Source of the DNA: Catajapyx aquilonaris
Taxonomy: Eukaryota
Reading direction: 5' to 3'
DNA: 24,588 nt
Assembly (NCBI GenBank): GCA_000934665.2
Contig: JYFJ02001220.1
Span: 62,001 to 86,588, forward strand
The position numbers were made by a program, and so were the translations under genes. Positions 10,415-20,100 of the stretch are shown in pieces. The stretch's first letter is position 1, and every line of letters starts with the position of its first letter. The notes below the pieces were generated by a model, which was not told where the DNA came from, did no database searches, and saw only the letters and a list, made by a program, of their open reading frames with translations.

Positions 10415-11716
10415 TGTGAGTAGTCCATCCGGGAGTTGCTGGCTGGCTGTGCTGGCTGCCTGGTTTGTTCAACGGGGGATCGGCAGCATCCCCATTCAGT
10501 TTATTATCCGTTTTTATTTGCTGGCTGCCTGAGGACAGTACATATAAACACTGTGCAGGACAGTGGGACAACAACTGGACATTGTCGAGCAGGCAACCCC
10601 TGCAGTGCTGGTATGTTTAGTTCCGTGTGTACAGGTCGAGCTCAGGCAACTAATGCCATCATATACAATGGGGAAATGCGGTATATCGCTGTTTATAACA
10701 CACTGCGGCGTAATTTGTTCTTGGAGCAATTTGTTACGACTTGTGTGCATCGCATGTAACGAAAACATAGACCGGATTGAAATTGTTGCAGTGCGTAATT
10801 AGTCCGTTTTGGTCGCATTGCACTGTACTTTGTTATTGGACTGTCCAGTGCGATTTAACGGCGGGAGGACCCCCAGAAAACCCTCGTGAGCACGCTGCCT
10901 AGCCCTGCCTCCGTTACGTGTGCCAGGTCATGGTTCCAACTGGTATGCGACACGCTACACGCACACGTGCAGCGTACTACTACATCGTAGTACTATTATG
11001 TGCGTCACGCATTAAAATCGGCGAGTGGGTCCATTCCGCGCATCCTCCCCTCCATCCCCTACCTCCCGCCAGAAAATGGCCCCCTTCCCCCAACCTCTAC
11101 CCTTTCACGTCTCTGTAGTCTGCAGCAATGACAACAACTGACCTTCACTCATCTAGTTCGCATGTGACTGACACCGTTTTTGGGCTAGCTAATTATTTCG
11201 TTCCAGCCCCCAATCCGATAATATGACAGGGCTCGATGCTGTGGCTTTAAAAAAATGTCTCTCGTCTGTTATGTTTTATGGGAATCGAGCTAATCAGCTG
11301 GGGTTGTCGACGGTTTCTGTGCAGGAGGCCAATAAATCGTGCAAGTCATCTGGCACGAGGAACGCTCCCGGAATTTTAGTAGGCCTATGCACGCCGCTTG
11401 TCAGTTTAATGCGACGGGGAAAAAGGATTTTTAAAAAAACTACAAGAGTGAACGGTTTCGGATGAAACATCTGATGCAATATTATTTAAATATAATGTGA
11501 CATTGTTGATGTCAGAATTATTTTAAGACAGGGACGCTAGCCATAAATTCTAATTATAATCATGCGCTGGCACATAATGCGAATTGCAGTGTGAGGCGTG
11601 TACTAACCCTGATTTGCACTTTGCAGGGAGGTCAAGGCAGCGTGAGTTGTGTCCGGGGGCGTCCACTGGCTGTCACTCTGAGGGGGGGTTCTTGGCCTAG
11701 ATAATAATAGACGCAC

Positions 11717-11723
11717 TATATAA
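11717..11723 (+). promoter_or_regulatory. Candidate TATA box of gene C
   Basis: TATATAA about 120 nt upstream of ATG 11838, followed by a GC-richer segment. It would place the TSS near 11747-11752. Confidence 0.4.
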
Positions 11724-11837
11724 TCATAGAGTGCGTGGGGCCAGCAGCATCACCAATCCCAGCAGCAGGGAGAGACAGAGAACAATAAAAGGAAATGAGC
11801 GTGGCTGCCCAGCGGTGTTAGCATCAGAAGCACGAGG

Positions 11838-13950
11838 ATGCCCTGCGTCCTGAAGCTTCTCGTGCTGCTTTGCGGTGAGTTTCCTCTGCAATTGCATATA
11901 TACAGTGTCACTAATTACAGAGATTGTGGGTAAAAAAATATGCGGCTAATTTCTCCCAGAAACCACCTTAAACAGAGAAGATACAATCGTGACAAAATGT
12001 GTTGCTCGGGTAAACAATCCGCTACTTCTCCTGAACTTGGATTGCGTCACCAAACAATGGTTTATATTCGCAAAATTTACATGCCAAAAACCTTTTTTTG
12101 TTTTTGTATTGGCTAATGTTTGAAAAGCAACTCTGCCATGTGGTAACCGTTTGCATGTTTTTCATAGTGTCGATAAGTCTTAATGCAATGGGACAATGTG
12201 AAAAGTCTATAGAGATTTTAAAGATATAAGATAAAAGAAACGTACCGAACTATTGGTGAAGTGCTGATGGTTGCATAGCTCCAGGATATGTTTGTCCAAA
12301 AGCTTTTTGCGACCATATTTTCCTAATTAACTGTACCTCAATTTCTATGATTCACTGCACTTTGTAGCCTACAGCTCAGTTTTAGTCGAGGGCCTATAAA
12401 TTTACTGTCTTGGCCAAACGTGTCCTGCGGCAATACAACAATTAGCACTCCATTGGTATGTGTTTTCCCCCATAGGCTTCACGTTAGGATAGTCCTGATG
12501 GTGGGATAAGGGGAAAAATTATCAGAATCTTTATTGCGGGACACACAGTGCAACAGAAAAATAATTCCGGAAAACTGATAAAAGTGTTTAAGATCATCTT
12601 TTGCCTAGTGTTTTAAAATGCCCGCAGCTTTAATAATACAATCTGATAGGCATGCGACTCTTGGAATACACTTTTAAAATTGAATATGAGGAGTAGCTTG
12701 GAATATTCCATGCTAAAACTGCCTTATTTTTTAATGGTAATTACATCATTAACGAGGCTTCAGAAACCGAATGATATTTCTCATAAAATGGTCATGTGTG
12801 GCAATGAAATATTCATGTCGCTATCATTACTGAACAGTGCAGTGTAACCACCTGTAGGGTGCGAATGAAGACATGAACGCATTTATTGACATCCGCCCCC
12901 CCTTGTCTCCTTCCCCCTCCTCCCATTCCCCCTTTCATTCCCACAGCACTGTTGCCAAGTCGTGCGCAAGACTGCAACCCAGCCACGCTGGCCTCGCTCT
13001 TCCAGCAGATGCTTAGACTCATGACTGACGACACCTTCGGAGCACCCACAGGAGCAGAGGACATCGATGAGGCGTGCATGTGAGTATATAATGACACACT
13101 CATTGCACATATGTAACTACTATCTAGGCAAATGTTTTTCTCCAAAAGTACTACACCTGAACAATTGTAATTAAATACTGCCAAATCGCTTTTACCTGTC
13201 ATTATTGTTAGCTTTTGTTGCAAATGGCAGCTCTACCAATAGAGTAGTTAGTAAGCTCTTAAACTAATAATAATAGATGTTCACTTCCAGGAAAATGCGT
13301 GAAGTGTTCTCCCACGTGGACGTGTACTTGGACCGATGTGCACCTGTCAACATGCGAGCCGATTTGAGCCGAAGCTTCGAAGGAGGTCAAAAGGCCCTCA
13401 GGCTGCTCTGCCAGGATGACCCCTTCAGAGAAGGTACACCCTGTACAAAATGGGAGCTTCTTTCTCTGATTTTTTGTTTGTTTGCTTCCTCCAGCTTACC
13501 TGAGCCATACAGAGTGCTTCCAGAAGATGGCGCCAGAGTTCCAGACCTGCGGAGAGCCTTACTCGGAGGCCCTCAAAGCCCTTCAAGAACCAGTCAGAGA
13601 CACCAATGTCTTCATCCAGAGGACTAAAGACGCATGCTGGTAAGAGCCTCTTGGACACACACACACACAAATAGTTACAATTGACCTTACATGATTTTGT
13701 TGTTTTCAGTGCTTTTTTCGACTACGCCGACTGCGCAGAAAAGGAAGCTGGTCGTCTGTGCGGCGAGTCAGCGGCCGAGTTCATCAGCACCTACATGGAC
13801 AACGTGGTCTCCTTGACCATGCAGCGAGAGTGCGCAGTATTCGACCTGGACGCCGACTGTCCCAAGCCCTCATCCTCATCCAACCACCACCATTCAAACC
13901 GAACCATCCTACTACTTCTACCCTTCCTCATTTTCCTGTTGGCCAAATGA
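11838..13950 (+). CDS. Gene C: secreted, probably GPI-anchored 12-Cys helical protein, DUF19-like arthropod family (232 aa, 5 exons)
   Basis: Exons are 11838-11874, 12947-13079, 13291-13433, 13495-13639 and 13710-13950 (699 nt). All introns are GT-AG with phases 1,2,1,2. The product is MPCVLKLLVLLCALLPSRA|QDCNPATL...PTGAEDIDEACMKMRE...YLDRC...LLCQDDPFREAYLSHTEC...TC...DACCAFFDYADC...LCGESAAEF...REC...ADCPKPSSSSNHHHSNRTILLLLPFLIFLLAK*. It has an N-terminal signal peptide and a Ser-rich spacer plus hydrophobic C-terminus. Confidence 0.92.
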
Positions 13951-14481
13951 TGCCTGCCACAACAATAAGGGCCTCCGACACAACACAACACAACAAAAAA
14001 AGGGCTTCCCCTCGACTGCGTTAACTTTTATCTCCGTCGTGTGAAATATAACATAACCAACTTATGCCCCTCTATCCACATCATTTAAAAAAAAAGGACA
14101 AACAATGCCCTTAGAGCATCTGCTGTACAGTACTGTACCATAGTCTTCCTTTTTTTTAAACTTGTGTTCGTCCCCACTTGTCTTCCCTCAATATTATTAT
14201 TGTTATTAATTCCGGGGCTCACTTGGGACCACTGCCCAAACACAACATATCTCCAACCACCCAACGAGCCACGAGTGAAACATGTCTTCCGCTCCGAGCC
14301 TTCCATTCCGCGTGATGGGGTATTAACTACATTATAGTCGGCGGCCTGTTCTGAATAAAGAGAAAAAAAATAATAATAAACAACAACAACACAAAACAAT
14401 GAAACAAACAAAAGCGAAAAAGAAAGAGAGAGAGTGAAGACGAAGAGATCCCTCCAAACAAAGCTGCCTCCATGATTTTAA

Positions 14482-14820
14482 TCTATGTAGGGCCAAAATA
14501 TATATAGTTTGACAATAAGCATGCTATACGTGCAGCTTTTAATGTTGTTTTTTTTCTCTTCAAATCCGCGCAGAATTTGATTGTCACTTGGCGGTTTAAT
14601 GTCACGGGCACAAAGTATTGCAGGGTTGGGTATATGACCGCTTCTTTCGAAATGTTGTCTGATGATGACTTTATAGACAAGAAATTCTGCGCGGAATTGC
14701 TTTTTTTTGGCTGCCAAATGGCGCGGATTGTGTCAGGGTTTTTTTTTCAAACTTTTGGATAAACCGAGCGGTTAGTCTTTCGGTGTGGGTACCGTTGCGT
14801 TACGCACCGACCCCCTCTAG
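14482..14820 (+). mobile_element. Probable non-autonomous Helitron (339 bp)
   Basis: It begins TCTATGTAG immediately after an A (14481) and ends CTAG (14817-14820) immediately before a T. A GC-rich hairpin (TCGGTG...TGCGTTACGCA.CCGA, 14780-14810) ends ~6 nt before CTAG. There is no TSD. An internal perfect 14-bp inverted repeat lies at 14565-14578 and 14682-14695. The 5' boundary is less certain than the 3'. Confidence 0.55.
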
Positions 14821-15471
14821 TGTATACCACATAACTCGCTGCATGAAGCTCGTGAATATATCACATTAAAAAAATAACATATATGTAACACGACGTCAGG
14901 GTTGGATGAAATTGAATTTTTTGGTGCAGTCCGTTAATCGTTAACCGTGCAAACTGTCCAAGACCGTACCTGTAGAGCATATAAATATAATAGAGACGTA
15001 TGTCATTTTTAAGCGTTTTAAGTCACATGTTTAAAGATGATATTTTCATGGTTGAAACCTTTCTTTTTCTTTTTTCTTTTTTGAAAGATGATGTATATAT
15101 AATTCGTACATAAAAATAATGATTGTTGTGCTTCCAAGTGCGATAAATGCGTTGGCAGTGTGTAGACAGAGAGTTTAATTAAGTTTTGCGCGCATTGTAT
15201 TGGTGCTTTCCACTATAAAATGAAAAGGAGGGAAAGGCCGATCTCCCCCACCTTTTAAATGCATGCTACATTTTAAAAAATATGTATATATCATAGTGTG
15301 AAAATATTATAATATTGTTCAAGGTTTTACTGGAGTAATAGGGTAGAGAATATATAAATGAGGTGTACTTAAATGGAAAACTGTGTCCTATAAGTTTTCT
15401 CAAAATATTAAGCAATAACCAGAGGTTATTTTCTTTTTTGGAAAATATTGTATCCAGGTTTTTCGGTCCTG

Positions 15472-15725
15472 GCCACCTTTGGATGCGTACTTTGGTACTG
15501 GTATAGGCAGAAATGTGGACATTTCCTACTTATTACTTTTAAGAAATTGGTTCGAAGTTGCACTTAGCAGGTGACATCAATGTTAATTTGTTACGTTTAA
15601 AAAATTCGAACAAATATGTTGTTCGTCATGTTGGGATACTACTTATAGGGAGAAAGATATATTTTGTAAACAATCCTACTTTTCTGCCTATTACTGGAAC
15701 CGAGTGTAACCATCCACCTGGTGGC
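15472..15725. mobile_element. Degenerate foldback/MITE-like element
   Basis: Imperfect ~50-bp inverted arms GCCACC..TGGATG...TGGTAC..GT.ATAGGCAGAAA.GT.GGA have a perfect core ATAGGCAGAAA (15503-15513) / TTTCTGCCTAT (15681-15691). An inner pair ATTGGTTCGAAGTT / AAATTCGAACAAAT is also present. No TSD was identified. Confidence 0.55.
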
Positions 15726-16458
15726 ATCTGGTAAACATCGCTTTCTTATTCGCTGGTTGCAAGGACGCCTAAAATGAACAACACTTTTCCATTTCCCCGG
15801 TCCTTATGCCTCCCACCCCCCACTTCCAAAACCTGAAAAAAAAACTACATAAAAACCTAAAACAGCGTGGGCTTGAAACTACGAATGGGAGTGCCTTGTT
15901 TGAACGGATTCTTGCAAAAAAAAAAAGATAGGTCGCCACATATTATATCGGTGGGTGCTACAAACCGAGCGGGGAATTTTCTTAATTAAAGGAGCGATTT
16001 AAAAAAAAAAATAGTGCACACACCGGAGTTTTAATCAAGTCCCGTGCTGGCTGCGGGATTGGTGTGTGTGTGTGTGAGCCAGTGTTGCGCAGATATGTTT
16101 CATTCGGACACAACAAACAACCTAAACCCCTCACCACCAAACAAAACAACTTTTAAAGAGAGAGAAAAAAATAAAGTCCAGCCAATCAGCCCCTCTGAAC
16201 GAAAAAAAAAAACAAGAAGGAAAAGTTGGCAGACTTTTGAGCGTCTGCAGAAAAAAAAATCAGCAGCAAATCGTAGATAGTGCATATGTTATTATTAATC
16301 AGTCCTGGCTTAACACGGGCTGCATGTTATACTGTTATTGGGGAAAAAAAAGGTAAAATAAAAATAGGAAAGTGAAAGCTGTTTGTTTCCAGGGGGAAAG
16401 TTTTGGAGGGTTTTATTTAAAGGTGAGAAGTGTACAGGGTGCTGGGTCAGTGTCAACT

Positions 16459-17160
16459 ATGGATCTGTCGTTGCTGGTTGGGCTCGTCCTGGTGCTGGCT
16501 TGTGCTGCGGGGTCAGAGGTCACCACCAATGACCCGGAGGTGGTCACCTCGACCGTCTGCGATTCGGAAACTCTGCAGGAGCTGGGTCGAAGTCTGGCTG
16601 ACCTGGATGCACCCATCAGCGTTCAGGATCTGGACCACGCATGCCAGTATGTTTTGCCACTGAATAGACCTTGATAATTGTTGCAATTTAAATCCGGTTC
16701 TCTTTCAGTCTGGCCAAGGAGGTGTCGGACATGACTGGGCTCTGCGGAGGACAGTCCCCGCCTCTTCCTCCGGTCTGCGTGGACGAGACAAGCCGTGACG
16801 GTACAGCAGGCGACACGTAATGTTAACACGTCACATGCGGCTAATTCACGTGTATGTGCAGGTTACTTGAAGCATGCCGCCTGCTTCAAGGAAGCCTCTG
16901 AGATGCTGAACAACTGCACTGACCACCTGCCCAAGGAAGCGATGATGCCTGAACGACAGGACTGCTGGTACAGTATATACTCTTATTATTCCAACATTGT
17001 AAACATTACCTGGCCAAAATCAAATTTCAGCCAGGTGAGAAAGTACATCAAGTGTGTGAAGGATATGGCGACAAACCATTGCGGAGAGTCAGTCCTGGAG
17101 TTCCTGGATTCCCACATTGTAATTCCGCCACATTGCGAGAAGTTTCCAGCCTGCGAGTAA
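16459..17160 (+). CDS. Gene D: secreted (anchor-less), shortened 12-Cys protein, DUF19-like arthropod family (171 aa, 4 exons)
   Basis: Exons are 16459-16646, 16709-16800, 16862-16967 and 17031-17160 (516 nt). GT-AG introns of 62, 61 and 63 nt have phases 2,1,2 at the same Cys-relative positions as in A and C. The product is MDLSLLVGLVLVLACAAG|SEV...VCDSETL...PISVQDLDHACHLAKE...GLCGGQSPPLPPVCVDETSRDGYLKHAAC...NC...QDCCQVRKYIKC...HCGESVLEF...HCEKFPACE*. AATAAA lies at 17260-17265. Confidence 0.9.
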
Positions 17161-20100
17161 AGTTATGCACATCACTTAACACCGAAACAGAACAATTTCA
17201 ACTCCCATCATCTTTTTGTGCATTTGCTTGGACAACCACCACTTTTTAAAACGGACATTAATAAACCAGCAAAAGTGCTGTACCCGCCGCGTCTCGTCTT
17301 CTTTTCTTTCCAGGACATGTCGAGGACGAGAGCTTGTCAGAGAAATGGGGTTGCTATAATTGGAAGCTCCACTTGAATTACATTAATAATGTATTATTAT
17401 TACTTGTAGGTTTTTCGAGGATAAGACACTTGAGTGAAATGTCTCTCCATTACACTAGAGGCTTGTGCTTACTGGTTTAAAAACAGGAGGAAATTATTCT
17501 CTAAGCACTTTTTTTTACGATTACATAAAAAGCGTCCACACCTCTTTTTGTGTTATGTAATCTATTCAGTTTCAACATTGTCTCTCTGGATATATTGAAA
17601 GAGCCTGACTCCACAGCTTCATGAAACATCTGTTTTCTGATACCTGCCTGAACATTGCCAACTGAGCAATCGTACTTTTGCCTTAGTATTTGTAACCCTG
17701 CATTACTCCTATTCCCTCACTTCCCATGACATTGTCGCTTGTCCGAATGCACTGCAAAGGTACCAAAAAAAAACTGAAAAAACACACTGAAACCTGCAAG
17801 CACTGTCGCATAGAAAATTTAACGTTTGTGACACGTCTGATTTCGAATTCCTAGGTCACCGTGACACCGCTAGGAATACGCGCATTCACTTTTTCCTAAA
17901 AATAACGCCACAATCTAAACTCACGTTGGACTAAAATATGAAGCATATTGTGCACGTTGCACGTCTGTATGTTACATTATTTTGTAAACTCTTCGCGGCT
18001 TGCACAAAGTCTATTCCGGCGCAGAATTGAGCCTATTTTGAAAACTATAGAGCTGCGGATATTTTCATACCAGCTTAATCCTTACATATTTTTTGATCAT
18101 AGATAATAATATATTTAAAGCACAGAGTAACTAAATTCAAACTATACTGTAGCAAGCACGTAGTTGCTCTGTAATATCAAAAGAATTGGATATTAAAAGC
18201 CATAAATAATGAACAATCATTTCGCTGTAACAGAAGCCCAATCCGGGAGAAGAATATATTCAACGGGATTGTGGGCTAAAGGTGGTAGGCCTACATTGGT
18301 CAAATTGAGCCTAATAGAGGGTACATCAACGAAACTAGGTACTGTGTACATAGCAAGAAGCATAAGATGATCAATATTTGTCAAAAAATAATTGTGTAGT
18401 GTAATTTTTAGCTTAAGGACTTTATACATGAAACTAAAAACCTGGAATTATACGTGCTTTTAGCAATATCACCGTGCTTTTTCATTACCTGTAAGAATAT
18501 TGATAATAAATTAATGCTGCGCCGATGCATATAATATTTACAGCCCTAAATAATGCTCGTTTAATTTAATTTTTAATATGCAGGTTGACTCGAAGTGTAA
18601 AACTTTGATTCAAAAGGTGGTCATTTGACAAAACTTCGCTGTTCCTTTCTGCTGCTAAAGTGGCATGAAAATATGATTTGTCTTTATTAATATTTTAATT
18701 CTAAATGTAATTGATCGTATACTGTTAATTTTAATTCAAATTTTGGTCAGTCATTCTACAGAAGAAAAATTCATTTGGTCATATATTTGTGTCTAATTTG
18801 TATTGTAGTCTACAGCACCTACATAACTCAATTTTGCTAAAAATGTTAATTGAACAAGCCACAACTTCATAATAAACTGCTGGCTCGCTCTGATTTATTT
18901 AATTCCACTCTGAGCCAAACAGGACTGCAGATAAAAATACTTCCCCGCCATATTAATACTTGATAATATTAATCATGGTATATTCATGTGTGGAAAGTGC
19001 CCCGATCCGTAACTGCACCTGCTTAAAATACCCAGATTATTTAACGGTCCGGTGCTTACCAAAAGGGTCCTTCAAGTGCTACTGAGTGAATTTATCTGGA
19101 GTACAGTACAGTGTACGATGGGTTTGGATAAAAGAGAGGGGGACCCGAGTCCAATTTGTCCCCAGGGAGTAACGGATTTGTCCCCGTCCGGCCCTGAATG
19201 ATTCATGGCACTTGTCCTGCTGTTTGCCATCCTAAAGCCACGCCCCTCTCTCTTTTTTTTCTCTTTAAAAAATAAATAAAAATCTCTTACCACCTGTGAC
19301 GTCACACCAGAATTAGAACCTAATTCTACCTCCTCGAGGCCCCGAGGCTGCTTTCCCCCCCNCCCCAACCCTCCCCAGCACACTCTTCCTTTGGTGCTGT
19401 TTTATCGCACGCTTCGCCTTATCTTCATAATTTGCGAGGGGCCCAAGCACAGATTCGCGAAGGGGGCCACAGGGACTGGAAGGTAGAAGGCAAAAGGAAA
19501 GCAAACAGATCTACTAACCCTCTCGAATATTCAAAGACATTATAGGGGGTCAGTCGATGGTGATAGTGAAAACGGAGCCGATTTTTTTGCTGAATCGGTT
19601 ACATGATATTATTGACGGTTGGGTTGAAAAGGATCATTCAGGTGGAAAAGTCAGATCCGGTGTTTGGTGCAACAGGTATCAGCAGGAAAAAAAAGAGAGA
19701 ACGGTGAGGAATAGAGAGAGAAAAAAAGAGGAAGCCGTGGGGTGGAAGATAAAGGGGCGAAATGGGGCAGAAGACATCTTCTTCCTCTCCTTTTTTTTTG
19801 GCTCAGCTCAATCCACCGCGCCAATCTCTTCTTCTTGTGAAGGTAAGGTGTCTTGTGCCAGCAAGCAAACACCTTATTCTTTTTTCCTACCCCCCTCTTT
19901 TTCCCTCCCACCAAATCCAGCCAACTCCCATTTCCTCCTTTTCTTACTCGATTTGATTCCTTCCCTTTTCCCCTTCCAGACCATGCTCTTTACAAAACCT
20001 CTTCAGCAAGCCTTTGTGATCTGTTTGCTCACCAAGCTTAAGCCCAGAGAAATCCTCGTCACCCATCGAATTCGACTCGCTAAGCCCACTTACTACACAC

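Noticed and set aside
10125..11120. Cluster of 60-149 aa ORFs in the GC-rich region
   Set aside because: They are driven by poly-C and low-complexity sequence, with no domain, signal or consistent splice structure.
9100..12364. 16-nt match GATTCACTGCACTTTG at 9100-9115 and 12349-12364
   Set aside because: The match does not extend on either side, so it cannot be called a second SINE fragment.
11899..12857. Tc1/mariner-like element in gene C intron 1 (TACAGTG... to ...CCTGTA)
   Set aside because: The two ends do not form a convincing terminal inverted repeat, and no transposase remnant is visible.
18217..18429. 70-aa minus-strand ORF as a possible terminal exon
   Set aside because: No recognisable motif, and no partner exons were found.
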